DNA of 64,000 bases from Myxococcales bacterium (GCA_047601445.1 JASGJH010000001.1:5312001-5376000); one strand, 5' to 3'. Numbered from the stretch's first letter, positions 50,553 to 61,159 are shown. The notes: a model not told the origin generated them from the letters alone. Numbers and translations: made by a program.

Positions 50553-51086
50553 TCACCGCTTCGAAGCACCTGTAGAGATCCAATAGTGACGCTTGGGAAT
50601 GCCGACCGAGGGATTGGCATAGGTGTGCGAGTAGCGGCCTCCGCAGCGCTCGATGACACGGCTCGAAGAATAGTTGGTCTCGCTGCAGGTCACGAGGACC
50701 TCTGTAAGGTCGAGCTCAGCGGCAAGCTCCACGCCGGCTCGAAGCATCGCTGTGGCGATACCTCGGCAGCGGTACTCTGGCAGCACGCCGAAGCCGACGT
50801 GACCGCCCACGCGGCTCAAGTGATCATTGAGGCTGTGTCGAAACGAGAGCCTGCCGACCAGCGTGTCGCCAAGCATGGCCACCAGAAAGGTGGCCGGAAC
50901 ATGCCCTGCCGAAAGATTGCGTCCGTTCCGCTCATCCTCGAGTGCGGCCAAGTAGTCAGCGAAGGGCATGCCTTCTCGATAGCCGAGCGCGAAGTCGAAG
51001 TGTTCGGCCGCCATTTGCCGATGCGCCGCGATCAGCTGAGGCTCATCGCCGACTTGTAGCGAGCGCAACACGGGAGTCGTGGACAC
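50553..51086 (-). CDS. GNAT acetyltransferase
   Basis: GGHVGFGVLPEYRCRGIAT, TC.ETN.SS.RVIE.CGG. Confidence 0.9.
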   Translation of the reverse strand: MSTTPVLRSLQVGDEPQLIAAHRQMAAEHFDFALGYREGMPFADYLAALEDERNGRNLSAGHVPATFLVAMLGDTLVGRLSFRHSLNDHLSRVGGHVGFGVLPEYRCRGIATAMLRAGVELAAELDLTEVLVTCSETNYSSSRVIERCGGRYSHTYANPSVGIPKRHYWISTGASKR

Positions 51087-51100
51087 CGCACCCCCAGGCC

Positions 51101-52144
51101 TCAGCGTTTGGGAGCCAGCGACTGGGCCGCCAGCGCCGCGTCGAGATCGAACACGATCTCGTCCACGCTGATGTCGCGATCGATGGACTTGTTCTCGTAC
51201 AGCAGCTTGGCCACGTTGCCGATGCGGACCTTGTCCTTCGCGGTGGGCACGCGGAAGATGGGACCACGTCGGGTCTCTTCGATGGCGGCCTCGAGCAAGT
51301 AACCCGAGACTGCGGTCGGGCCCTTGTCGGTGTACACGTTCTGAAACTTCTCGGGCTCGCGGTGCCCCAGCTCGGTGAGCTGTTCGAGCACCTTCAGGAG
51401 TCGCTTGTAGGCAGCTGGGTTGCTCCTCAACGTCTCGACGTTCGCCGAGATCACGCCGACGTCGTCGGATCCGATCTGCTCTTCCGTGACCAACACGTTG
51501 GCGCCGTTCTTGACCGCGGTGGTAAGGAACACGCCGAAGGTGCTCCAGGCATCGATCTTCCCCGTGGCGAAGGCGGCGGCTGCGTCGGGCGGCTGGATCG
51601 GCACGCGCTCGACCTTGTCGGCCGGAATGCCCTCCTTTTGCAGTGCGCGCAACAACACATAGTCACCATGGGCGGCCAAGTTCACGGCCACGCGCTTGCC
51701 CACCAGGTCCTGGAGGCGCTTGATCGGGCTGCCCTTCGGCGAGATCACGGCGGTCTGACGTTGGCCCCCTGGCTCGCTGATGGCGAAGATCTTGAACTTC
51801 AGGTTGTGCGCGAGGGCGCCGATCACGGGGCTCACGGCGGCGCGCGCCGTATTGATCGCACCGCTGTTCATGGCCTCGAAGTTCGCGCTGAAGGCTCCAA
51901 TGGCAGGGACCCACTCGACCTGAGCGCCCACCTCGGCCAGCTCGCGCTCGAGGATGCCTTCGCGCTTGGCATAGGCGAGCGCACCGTAGTTGCTCTCGTC
52001 CGAGAGCCGAATCACCGTGGCCGGCTTGGACGAGGCCACCCCGGGATCTCCTGCTGCGGGCGCCGCGCCTTTGGCCTTGGGATCCGAGCAAGCGAGGACA
52101 CACGCGGCGAAGACGAGCAAAACCCACGAACGCTGCTGATGCAT
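51101..52144 (-). CDS. SsuA/NMT1-like ABC substrate-binding lipoprotein
   Basis: VLAC lipobox; SPIKRLQDLVGKRVAV, AFATGKIDAW. Confidence 0.85.
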   Translation of the reverse strand: MHQQRSWVLLVFAACVLACSDPKAKGAAPAAGDPGVASSKPATVIRLSDESNYGALAYAKREGILERELAEVGAQVEWVPAIGAFSANFEAMNSGAINTARAAVSPVIGALAHNLKFKIFAISEPGGQRQTAVISPKGSPIKRLQDLVGKRVAVNLAAHGDYVLLRALQKEGIPADKVERVPIQPPDAAAAFATGKIDAWSTFGVFLTTAVKNGANVLVTEEQIGSDDVGVISANVETLRSNPAAYKRLLKVLEQLTELGHREPEKFQNVYTDKGPTAVSGYLLEAAIEETRRGPIFRVPTAKDKVRIGNVAKLLYENKSIDRDISVDEIVFDLDAALAAQSLAPKR

Positions 52145-52313
52145 TGTCTGCGCTCCGTCACGAAAGACTCCCGAGCGCATGGTGAGCCCGGATGTACGGC
52201 CTTCTCGCACGTGTCTATCATACAAGACACGGGTTCGCAAGAGCGAGCGGCCGGTGTCTCGCAGTGCGAGCCCCCGATCTCGAGCCCATCTCGGCAATGT
52301 CCGAGCCCCCCGC

Positions 52314-53741
52314 TCAGGGCGATGGCGCGATACGCAGCACGCCGCCGAAGATGCCCTGGTAAAGGACCCGGCCCGAACCGATGTTGCCCGCCATCTGCAG
52401 GGTGTCCACGCCGATCCCGAGCGCTTGACTCGCGAGTGTGCGGCCGCTGACCGCGTCGATCGCCTTGTACACGTAGCCATCGAGCGCGCTGGCCGAGCCG
52501 AACGAACTGGTGCGCTCGAACGTGTAGATGGTGCGGTCCGCGAGCGAGAGCTTCGGCACCGAGGCAGAGTGAACCGAGTTGGTCCAGACCACGCGGCATC
52601 CCTGACTCGAACTGTCGAGGTCCACGCGCGTGATGCCGCCGCCGATCGGGGCAGAGGCGGGCACGCTCTCCGACACGCCGGCGGGATAGGCCGGATACGG
52701 ATAGCCGTACGTGCTCGCCACGAACACACTATTGCCGCTGCCGATCGGGGAGTTCTCCGAGCCCTTGCCGGTAGGGGTGGGGAGCGTCAGGTTGCAGATG
52801 GGATCGCCGCTGCCACTCGTGGGGTACACCAGGAGGTGTTCGAACGGCTCGGCGTTGTCGACCAGGGCCACGTATTCGCTTCCGGTCCGCGGACCAAAGA
52901 AGGTGGGTGTCGAACCGCTGCCTTGACTCAACTTGCCAGGCTTGCGCGCATTGCCGCGGTCGTAGGGCGCGCGCAAGGCGATCTGCGGAGCCCCATTCTC
53001 GTCGACGTGGAACAGGTAGAGGGCATGGTCCGTCACCACGGCGGTTCGCGATGGCGAGGTCGCGATGCTGTTGAACACGCGCTCGCCCTCGGGGAGTGCC
53101 ACCGTGGCGATGCTGCCGGTGCTTCCTGATATCACACCCACCGTACCGTGGTCGGTGGCGAACCAGACGTTGCGCGCGTAGTCCGGCGCGACTCCCACCA
53201 CGGCATCGTCACCGACGGCGCCGTCCAATGCGATGTCCTGGACGACATCGAGGCTCCACAGGCCGAGCACGTTGCGTTTGTGCCGAATGCGAAGCAGATG
53301 CTGATCCCCGTCGACCACCACCACATTGCCCTGGTCGTCGAGATACGGATACACGCCGCCGAACAGGCCACTCTTGGTTAGAGCGTGATAGGCGAGCGGC
53401 AGCCCGCTGTTGGGGTCGAGCAGGTAGACGGCCGGTGCCTGATCGAGGATCTGCGTGCATACGGCGAGCGGAACGCCATCTGCGCCAATGAGCACCGAGG
53501 GGCACACCGCCAGCAGCGAGATGTTCGAGACCGAGACGCGGGCTCCGGGCCCCGGGCGTGGCGTCGTGTCCGATGCCGCGCTGTCGCCGTGCTGTGTCGC
53601 GGCGCCTGCGGGCGCGGTCCCAGGATTCTGCAGCGCGAGTGGCCCGAGCTGCGCGCTCGCGCTGCCGTGACCGAAAAGCAAAAGCGTTGAAACCAGAGAC
53701 AGGCCGACCACGCCGTGGCCGGAGAACCAGAACTCACCCAT
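52314..53741 (-). CDS. Secreted hypothetical protein, beta-propeller-like
   Basis: Signal peptide; beta-rich; GGVYPYLD, GSGSTPT, ENS motifs. Confidence 0.75.
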   Translation of the reverse strand: MGEFWFSGHGVVGLSLVSTLLLFGHGSASAQLGPLALQNPGTAPAGAATQHGDSAASDTTPRPGPGARVSVSNISLLAVCPSVLIGADGVPLAVCTQILDQAPAVYLLDPNSGLPLAYHALTKSGLFGGVYPYLDDQGNVVVVDGDQHLLRIRHKRNVLGLWSLDVVQDIALDGAVGDDAVVGVAPDYARNVWFATDHGTVGVISGSTGSIATVALPEGERVFNSIATSPSRTAVVTDHALYLFHVDENGAPQIALRAPYDRGNARKPGKLSQGSGSTPTFFGPRTGSEYVALVDNAEPFEHLLVYPTSGSGDPICNLTLPTPTGKGSENSPIGSGNSVFVASTYGYPYPAYPAGVSESVPASAPIGGGITRVDLDSSSQGCRVVWTNSVHSASVPKLSLADRTIYTFERTSSFGSASALDGYVYKAIDAVSGRTLASQALGIGVDTLQMAGNIGSGRVLYQGIFGGVLRIAPSP

Positions 53742-53788
53742 TTCACACGTCCTTTTAGGCTGCCTGTCGCGGTGCAACGTCGCTCAGG

Positions 53789-54280
53789 TCACGCGACTTC
53801 GCGCAATTGACCAGTCTTCACGTCGTAGACGAAGCCGCGCACCGGCACGTCCTGACGAACCAGGGGGGACGCCCTGTAGGCCGTCAGATCGTCGCGCACT
53901 GAAGTGTCCAAGTCCTTGAAGGGCAAGAAGGCCACGGCATCGGCGTCGATCCGGCGCTCCTTGCGCAGCTGGGCACGGATGCTCTCATCGCTGAAGGTCA
54001 ACATGCCGCAATCGGTGTGATGAATGATCGCGACCTCTTCGGTACCCAGCAAGGTCTGGCTGATGGCCAGGCTGCGCAGGGCATCACTGATGCGGCCCCC
54101 CGCGTTGCGAATCACGTGCGCGTCGCCCTCCTGCAACCCCAGGGCCTCCGCGGGATCGATGCGCGCGTCCATGCACACGACCACGGCGATCTTGCGAGCG
54201 GGTGGAAGCGCCAAATGACCCTTCTGAAAGGTCTGCGCGTAGTGCAGATTCGCGTTCAGCAGCTCTTGGATGACCGGCAT
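53789..54280 (-). CDS. Beta-carbonic anhydrase, short (clade D-like)
   Basis: CMDARI, IRNAGG, HHTDCGM; AGGAG RBS. Confidence 0.93.
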   Translation of the reverse strand: MPVIQELLNANLHYAQTFQKGHLALPPARKIAVVVCMDARIDPAEALGLQEGDAHVIRNAGGRISDALRSLAISQTLLGTEEVAIIHHTDCGMLTFSDESIRAQLRKERRIDADAVAFLPFKDLDTSVRDDLTAYRASPLVRQDVPVRGFVYDVKTGQLREVA

Positions 54281-54517
54281 GATATCTCCTGGCGACGAAG
54301 GCTCGCGCGAGGGACTGCAACTTCCGAGCCGGACGCAGCGGGGGACAGCACGCAGGCGCCTCCGCGCCGCAAAGCTTTGGTGTTCGGCACGATAGAGTGA
54401 CCGGCGGAGCGATTTGGCGGCATTGCGCGCCAGCGATCCGCATCAAACACCCATGACCGAGCACGGCCTCACTGTCGTGGCGATACGCTGAAGCCGTGGC
54501 CGAGGCGATGTACCTTG

Positions 54518-55337
54518 CTAGGCCGTCGAGGCCTCACGCGCGAAGCGCTCCAATCGCTGCTTCGTCGCATCATCGATCGGCACGAGCGTCTCGATGCGCA
54601 GATCATACAGCGTCAGATCCAGCGCGGTTCCAAATGACGACACGAGCGAGAACAGCGCCAAGCTCTCGCTTCCGCGGCGCAGAAGCAAGGGCACGACTGG
54701 AAATCCCGAGTCCACCTGCGGGGGCGCCTTGACCAGGTCGGCCACACCGGGAAGTGCAAGTAGCTGATCGAGAAGTCGGCGCAGCGGCGCACCGTCCCCC
54801 GCCTCGATGGCCTCGCGCTGCAGGCGCCTGATGAGATGACCCGCGATCTGTTCCCAGTTCGCAATCGAAGGACGCAGGCCGCGCGGGTCGAAGATGAGCC
54901 GCATCGCATTCGGTTCGGCTGGAGAGGGCCCCTCGGCGGCGAATGTCGCGAAGAGCGCGCGCGCGGAGCGGTTGCTGAGCTGAAGGTTCCAGCCGGAGTC
55001 GACGACCATCGCCGGATACGGTTCGTGGCGTGCGAGGATGAAGCGGAGGGCGTCACGTGCAGGTCCGAGGCTGTCGGAGCCAAGCGGGGTCTCCGTGAAC
55101 AGATTCTGCGAATCCCGCGGCACGAAGCAGAACATTGCGCTCGCGAGGAGGAACATCCAGGGACTGCGCGAGCGTGAGAACCATGTCGCGGCTTGGCTGG
55201 GCGCGCGCGACTTCGAGGAACGCGATGTGCTTCGCCGACACTCCCGCGATGTGGGACAGCGCGAGCTGGCTCTTGCCACGAACCATTCGCCAGTGCTTGA
55301 GGAGCGAACCGAAGTCCGCCAAGTCCGAGCCGACCAT
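54518..55337 (-). pseudogene. XRE-HTH plus MmyB-like regulator, +1 frameshift at about 55104
   Basis: The HTH (SQLALS..VSAKHIAFLE..PSRDMV..ERNVLL.AAGFA) and the HEPYPAMVVD..LRIE domain lie in different frames; may be a sequencing error. Confidence 0.85.
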
Positions 55338-55460
55338 GGGCTCGAGTGTAGGCGGCCCATCGGCTCGCAGCACTAACCTGCGAGGTACTTGAGATACTCA
55401 GGGCCTCCGCCAAGGTGAATGAAGCGAGCTCCCCACGGCTCGCGAAGGTTGGAGCCCAAG

Positions 55461-55922
55461 ATGACTCGACTTCCATGGAAAACAGGACCCGCGGCGCCCG
55501 GAGCAAGCGTCTTTTTGAGTGCGACGCGCTTCAGCTATCGCTCATTTCTCAGCATGCCGGCGGTCCTCACGCACGGTCTTCGCTTGCGCTCCCAGTGGCC
55601 GACGCTCGAAGGCGCGGTGGGCATGTGGACGGCCGCTAGCCTGTACAAGCGGACCACCTACACGCTGACGGCCTGGAGCTCCGAGCAGGACCTCGCGCGC
55701 TGGATCATGTCTCCGTACCACACCAGGCTGATGCGCGATTTTCGCGGTCATCTGGAGAGCTCGTGTGTGGTCAGTTGGACGGCGCCCGCTGACACCGCGA
55801 GCTTCGAACCGCACGTGGCTTGGGCCGAAGGCATGCAGCGGCTGCGTGCGCGAGAGGGATTCGTCGCATCGCGTGGAGCGCACCTAGAGCACACCCGACC
55901 GGGTGCGCAGGGGAAACCGTGA
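55461..55922 (+). CDS. DUF3291/ABM-like protein
   Basis: YTLTAWSSEQDLARW..SPYH..LM; divergent from the regulator. Confidence 0.7.
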   Translation: MTRLPWKTGPAAPGASVFLSATRFSYRSFLSMPAVLTHGLRLRSQWPTLEGAVGMWTAASLYKRTTYTLTAWSSEQDLARWIMSPYHTRLMRDFRGHLESSCVVSWTAPADTASFEPHVAWAEGMQRLRAREGFVASRGAHLEHTRPGAQGKP

Positions 55923-56686
55923 CGGCGAGCGACATGGGCAAGCTGGCTTGGGGGCGTCGCACTAACGGTGTGCTCTCTCAGCGCGAGGCCAAGCAATTAC
56001 TTCGAGGGGTGATCCGCGTTCAAGCGCGGGATCTCTTCGATCGCGTGCGCCGCAAGCTGGGTCTCCTGAGACCCGCCGACATCGAGCTCGCCGACCTGGA
56101 GCCACCCGACAGCAAACTGTCCGCCGACGCACGGACGCTCGCCGAGTCCAGCCAGCCGCGCGCGCTGCTCCTGCACTGCTGGCGAACTTACTACTTCGGC
56201 GTGCTGATCGCGAAATATGACAGAATGGACTTCGACCCCGAGCTCTTCTTCGCCGCGTCGATGCTCCACGACATCGGGATGACCGCCGCGACCAAGGCGC
56301 CGCGCACCGCGTGCTGCTTCGCGGTCTCGGGGGCCATCCATGCCTATGAGCAACTGACTGCACGTGGCCACGCCCCCCTGACGGCGACCCGAATCGGCGA
56401 CGCGATCTCGTTGCACATGAACCTCGACGTGGGCGTCGACTGCGGCGCAGAGGCTTTCATGCTGGCGCGTGGGGCTGTCTGCGATGTGTTTGGAGCCGGC
56501 TTGGCGCGGATTAGCACTCCCTCCGTGCAGGCCGTCATCGGACGCTGCCCGCGCGAGGACTTGCGCGGCGTGCTCTTCGTCACCGATCATCTCGCCGGAA
56601 CGCGCACCGCGCTGCTCAACAAGCTCGCAAGAGGCACGGTCCCGCCGCACCCCCTGGATGGCCCGCGACGCGCGCGTGGATACTGA
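55919..56686 (+). CDS. HD-domain protein
   Basis: HCWRTYYFG, MLHDIG, FAVSGA, AISLH; GTGA overlap with the upstream gene. Confidence 0.85.
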   Translation: MTASDMGKLAWGRRTNGVLSQREAKQLLRGVIRVQARDLFDRVRRKLGLLRPADIELADLEPPDSKLSADARTLAESSQPRALLLHCWRTYYFGVLIAKYDRMDFDPELFFAASMLHDIGMTAATKAPRTACCFAVSGAIHAYEQLTARGHAPLTATRIGDAISLHMNLDVGVDCGAEAFMLARGAVCDVFGAGLARISTPSVQAVIGRCPREDLRGVLFVTDHLAGTRTALLNKLARGTVPPHPLDGPRRARGY

Positions 56687-56984
56687 CTCTTGCATCAAGA
56701 ATGCGAACGATGGAGTCGCTTGGCCTGGTAGAGAAGTAAAAGCGTGTAGGTGGGATTGGGCCTTTGGGCGACCACGGTGGCCCACAAAGACCATCGCTAC
56801 CGAGGTCCGATCGCGTAGGTCTCGTCCGAGACGAAATCGTTGAAGCGGCAGGTCCTGAGTTGGCCATGAAACGCGCGGTGACATCGTAAGGTCCTGACTG
56901 TCTTGGCCGTGGAGACCGTGCTAGAGGCGGTAAGCCTCGCCGATGCGAGCGCACTGCCGTCTTCCCGAGCCGAAGAGACCTCTC

Positions 56985-58640
56985 ATGCAAACCTATGACT
57001 ACATCATCGTCGGTGCCGGCTCCGCTGGCTGCGTGCTTGCCAACCGCCTGAGCGCTCAGCCCGAGAACAAGGTGCTCTTGCTGGAAGCGGGTGGCTCCGA
57101 CAAGGACCTGCGCGTGAGTACACCGGGCCTCGTGGGCCTCCTGTGGCGCTCCAAGTTCGACTGGGCCTATTTCACCACGCCTCAGCCGGAGCTCGGGGGT
57201 CGCAAGATGCACTGGCCCCGCGGCAAGGCGCTCGGTGGCTCGAGCTCCATCAACTACATGATCTACATGCGCGGGCACCGCGACAACTACGATCACTGGG
57301 CAAGTCTGGGCAATTCTGGCTGGGGCTACGACGACGTTCTCCCTCTGTTCAAGCGCTCGGAGAACAACTTGCGCGGCGCCAACGAGTTTCACGGCGCAAG
57401 CGGCCCCCTTACCGTCAGCGATGTCGCGGGCAATCCCATGAGCGACCTCTTGGTCGAAGCCGCGAAGGAGACGCTCGGCGTATCGGGAACCTGGGACTTC
57501 AACGGTGCACAGCAAGAGGGCGCCGGTCGCTTTCAGGCCACGATTCGCGATGGCAAGCGCTGCAGCTCGGCCGTCGCGTTCCTGCGCCCCGCCGAAACTC
57601 GCAAGAACCTCAGCATCGAGACCGATTCGGAAGTCGCCGGACTCCTCTGCGAGGGCAAGCGGGTGGTGGGCGTACGTTGCCGCAAGGGCGGTAAAGTCAC
57701 CGAAATCCGTGCGGCCCGCGAAGTCATCCTGTGCGCGGGTGCGATCGGCTCACCACAGCTCCTGATGCTCTCCGGCATCGGACCGGCCGACGCGCTGCGC
57801 AAGCTCGGAATCCAGGTGGTGCACGATCTGCCCGGCGTCGGCCAGAATCTGCAGGATCACATCATGGTGCCCGTGCCGGTCGAAGACAAAGCCGGCATCA
57901 CGGGGAACATCCAGCCGCTCAACCTGCTGCGTTGGCTCGCCCAACACGGCCTGACCTCGTCCGGTCCCATGGCCTCCAATGCGGCCGAGTCCGGCGCCTT
58001 CGTACGTTCGAGTTCTTCCGTGGAGCGCCCGGATTTGCAGTTCCACTTCTTGCCGGTGGCGTCGGACCAGGTCTGCTACGACGAGCAGATCTTCATGCCG
58101 AAGGGCAATGCCTTCGTGATGATTCCCACCCTGCTCTATCCTCAGAGCCGCGGCGAAGTGCGCTTGGCGAGCGCCGACCCAAGCGAACGCCCGCTCGTCG
58201 ATCCCAAGTACTTCTCGGAAGACGCCGACCTGGGCGTGCTCACCGAGGGCGTCCGCATGGCCCAGCGCATGGCGCGCTCGAAGACCCTCGCGCAATGCCG
58301 CGGCAAGTCCCTGTCACCACTCGCCGACGCCGAGGACGACGCCACGCTGCGTGCAGAGATCAGGCGCCGTTGCAACACGCTGTTCCATCCGACCGGAACC
58401 TGCAAGATGGGCAAGGACTCCGAGGCGGTGGTGGACGCTTCGTTGCGAGTCCATGGAGTCGAGGGACTGCGTGTGGTCGATGCGTCGATCATGCCGAGCA
58501 TCGTGGGTGGCAACACCAATGCGCCGGTGATCATGATCGCGGAGAAGGCGGCTGAGATGATGCTTGGGGTGCGGCGATCGCAACACGCGGGCGCAGCGGA
58601 GCAAGCTTCGACGAAGCGCACGGAATTTCGCGCGAAGTAG
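56985..58640 (+). CDS. GMC oxidoreductase (choline/alcohol dehydrogenase type)
   Basis: GAGSAG, GKALGGSSSIN, GQNLQDH, HPTGTCKMG, GNTNAP. Confidence 0.95.
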   Translation: MQTYDYIIVGAGSAGCVLANRLSAQPENKVLLLEAGGSDKDLRVSTPGLVGLLWRSKFDWAYFTTPQPELGGRKMHWPRGKALGGSSSINYMIYMRGHRDNYDHWASLGNSGWGYDDVLPLFKRSENNLRGANEFHGASGPLTVSDVAGNPMSDLLVEAAKETLGVSGTWDFNGAQQEGAGRFQATIRDGKRCSSAVAFLRPAETRKNLSIETDSEVAGLLCEGKRVVGVRCRKGGKVTEIRAAREVILCAGAIGSPQLLMLSGIGPADALRKLGIQVVHDLPGVGQNLQDHIMVPVPVEDKAGITGNIQPLNLLRWLAQHGLTSSGPMASNAAESGAFVRSSSSVERPDLQFHFLPVASDQVCYDEQIFMPKGNAFVMIPTLLYPQSRGEVRLASADPSERPLVDPKYFSEDADLGVLTEGVRMAQRMARSKTLAQCRGKSLSPLADAEDDATLRAEIRRRCNTLFHPTGTCKMGKDSEAVVDASLRVHGVEGLRVVDASIMPSIVGGNTNAPVIMIAEKAAEMMLGVRRSQHAGAAEQASTKRTEFRAK

Positions 58641-58734
58641 CGAAGCCGCGTTGCGCCCCACGACCGGTCGACGCAGGATCGGACAAGAACAAGAACAAAG
58701 GAAGGGAGAGGGCAACGGCCCTTGATCGTCGGCG

Positions 58735-59337
58735 ATGACGCGTAGCAACCTCGGGCAATTTCGCGGAGAAGCCATCTGGACCCTGGTTGCCGTTTTGTCG
58801 ATTGCCAGCACGCCTGTGTTGATGGACTCGGTGTGGATGGTCGCACTGCTTCCACCTGCGCTCGTTCTGCTTTACGGCGTCATCGCGGCGCTCTACTGCC
58901 TATTTCGGAGGCAGTACCGACGTGCAGCCATTCGAGTAGCACTGGTCGCCTGTCTCCTACTTCTGGCGTGGCCGCTTCAGATCGGCGTAGCACGCGCGCG
59001 CATCCATCTACTATTTGACCGTGACCGTGACGTGTTCGATGCGATCGTCGCGCAGGAGCTTGGGCGCACTCCACGTGACCAGGCGGGGCCACCTCGTTAC
59101 TATCACGTCGACGCCGGCCCCCCGGTTCGCATCGCATTTCCTTTGGAAGGAGGGATCGTGGACAACTGGTGTGGTGTTGTCTTCGATCCGTCAGGAGAAG
59201 TCTTGCGCCTCAACCAGGTCGATCTCGATTCCCTGAAGACATCGGAATCGTTGGCCCGGCTCAGAAAGCTCTTCGGCGGCGACATGGTGGGCTGCAAGCA
59301 CCTGGATGGGCCGTACTACCACTGCTGCTTCACGTGA
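58735..59337 (+). CDS. Hypothetical membrane protein
   Basis: Three N-terminal TM helices; GIVDNWCGVVFDPSG. Confidence 0.7.
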   Translation: MTRSNLGQFRGEAIWTLVAVLSIASTPVLMDSVWMVALLPPALVLLYGVIAALYCLFRRQYRRAAIRVALVACLLLLAWPLQIGVARARIHLLFDRDRDVFDAIVAQELGRTPRDQAGPPRYYHVDAGPPVRIAFPLEGGIVDNWCGVVFDPSGEVLRLNQVDLDSLKTSESLARLRKLFGGDMVGCKHLDGPYYHCCFT

Positions 59338-59555
59338 AGTTGCTGCTGCTGTCGCTTGGGTGGCCCCGGCGAGGACGCACGCGTAGGCATCAGCCGAGGT
59401 TCAGCATCACTCGACCACAGGGAGCCTCGACCAGTGGCTGCCACTCGGGCGTCCCCGGCAAATCGAGGTAAGAGGAGACTGTCCTAGAATCCGCAGGCGG
59501 CAACGCGATCGCGCGTGTCGGCATCGTGGGCAGCGAAATTCAGCCAGCGGTCCAA

Positions 59556-60386
59556 CTATCTCCGCATCATGTTCAGCGTCACCAGCAACGACGCCACCTT
59601 GAGTGCCACTCCGGGGGCAACTCCGAGGGTGGCCGCCACGACGGCTCGCTGCGGCGAGAATTGTGACCGACCGCGAGCGAACGCGAAGATTGCAAAGGCA
59701 GACGTGCCAATCGAAACCGCAAACCCAAGGCTCCAGCAAACCCAGGCCCACACGGCGGACGGAGCCAATACGGCCCACACATGGACGGCTTGAATGATCA
59801 GTTCGGGACCGGTCCAGGCTGCCGCATAGCCGACCACGCGGGCTGCCATCGACCATGATGTGGTGGCTCCGAGCATGCGCATGAGTCCCCAAAGGAACAG
59901 CGAGCCCGCGCTCCATAGCAACGTGTCCCGGAGCATTCCCGCGATGCCGGCCAGAAGCAGCATTCCCCAGCGACCCGCTCCCAGCGCTTCGGAGACCGCC
60001 ACCAGCAATAGCCCAGAAACGATCCCCCACGAAGCGGCGAAGCGCCATGCTGGCTCCGCGGACTCGTCCGCCAGCTTCGAGAACACTCGATAGGGTTCGC
60101 GCAAGATCAGCCAGCTCGTGTCCCCAAAGAACGCGAACCAGCGTCCATCGCGATCGAATGGCAGCTTCTCCACCTCCCCAGGCAGCCGATCGCGGCACGG
60201 CTCGCAGAGCAGCTGGTCCTCCCGTGCATGGCCGCATCGCACGCACACGAAGTCGCCACAGCGAGCGCAAGCGCCTTGGGCGGGTTGCCATGGGTGCTGG
60301 CGACAGTTGGTGAGCTGGGGGGATGGGTGCACGATGGCCGAACCTGGCCCAGACGGTACTTGATCGAATGGAGAAAAGACCGCCAA
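59556..60386 (-). CDS. B-box-like Zn finger plus Yip1-like membrane protein
   Basis: CRQHP...CARCGDFVCVRC..LCEPC followed by about five TM helices. Confidence 0.75.
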   Translation of the reverse strand: MAVFSPFDQVPSGPGSAIVHPSPQLTNCRQHPWQPAQGACARCGDFVCVRCGHAREDQLLCEPCRDRLPGEVEKLPFDRDGRWFAFFGDTSWLILREPYRVFSKLADESAEPAWRFAASWGIVSGLLLVAVSEALGAGRWGMLLLAGIAGMLRDTLLWSAGSLFLWGLMRMLGATTSWSMAARVVGYAAAWTGPELIIQAVHVWAVLAPSAVWAWVCWSLGFAVSIGTSAFAIFAFARGRSQFSPQRAVVAATLGVAPGVALKVASLLVTLNMMRR

Positions 60387-60529
60387 AAGAAACGGTGCCA
60401 GCGCGCACTTGGCAGTTCTGGCCAGTCGCCCCTCACAGCTCGAGAAAGCGCACCTTCATGGCCCGGCTCGTCTAAGGGGTGATCCCAGGGCGGCGACCTC
60501 ATGCTCCCGGCAAGAGAGGATTGGCTTTG

Positions 60530-61159
60530 TTACGGGTCTCTAACGAAGTCCACCGTGCCTTGGCTATTCGCGGCGAGTGATCCGGAGACGACGGTCAACT
60601 CGAGCGGAGCACCATCGAGGGTGACGTTGAGCGTGACGTCTGCGTCGCGGCGGGATCCTGACTGATGAACGCTCGAACGCGTCTTGCCAACGCGATCGTT
60701 GATGCGATAGGTCGTCTTGTCCGTGCTGCCCACTCCTACCAGCAACGCTGTGCCACTCAAGGTACTGGTACCGGCTTCGACCGGAATCGAATAGCCCAAA
60801 TCCTCCTGGTACTCCGATACGTAGTTTTGGACCTCGAACGTGAAACTGAGCTCCGCTGATTTGAGGCTGATGCTCGACGTGAGGGGGAGATCGGCAGTGG
60901 CGTAGGAGACCGCACCGGTGCAGAAGTTGGCGTAGTAATAGACCAGCACCATGCTCGCGGTACTGGTCGGTCGACCATCGTCCTTGGTGACGTAGTCGGC
61001 GCCTTGGACCAACAAGTACGAGGCGCTGCACTCGTCATTGGACTGTGCACTGGTCGAGGCCAGGTTCCCTCGCAGTTGGTGGCGAACGGTCAGAGGTGCC
61101 GCGCGGGCGACCGAACAGAGAGCCAAGCTTAGGGCAAACGATGTAATGCCGAATTTCAT
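60530..61159 (-). CDS. Secreted hypothetical protein
   Basis: Signal peptide (ARA/A); beta-rich. Confidence 0.75.
   Translation of the reverse strand: MKFGITSFALSLALCSVARAAPLTVRHQLRGNLASTSAQSNDECSASYLLVQGADYVTKDDGRPTSTASMVLVYYYANFCTGAVSYATADLPLTSSISLKSAELSFTFEVQNYVSEYQEDLGYSIPVEAGTSTLSGTALLVGVGSTDKTTYRINDRVGKTRSSVHQSGSRRDADVTLNVTLDGAPLELTVVSGSLAANSQGTVDFVRDP

Noticed and set aside
56687..56984. Atypical intergenic stretch, possibly a gene remnant
   Set aside because: No recognisable motif or convincing structure.
57844..57850. AGAATCT in the GMC gene (and near 22046 in GH36)
   Set aside because: It is in frame; in the GMC gene it encodes the conserved GQNLQDH, so it is not a frameshift.
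58684..58712. Purine tract caagaacaagaacaaaggaagggagaggg
   Set aside because: Short, with no inverted partner found; function unsupported.
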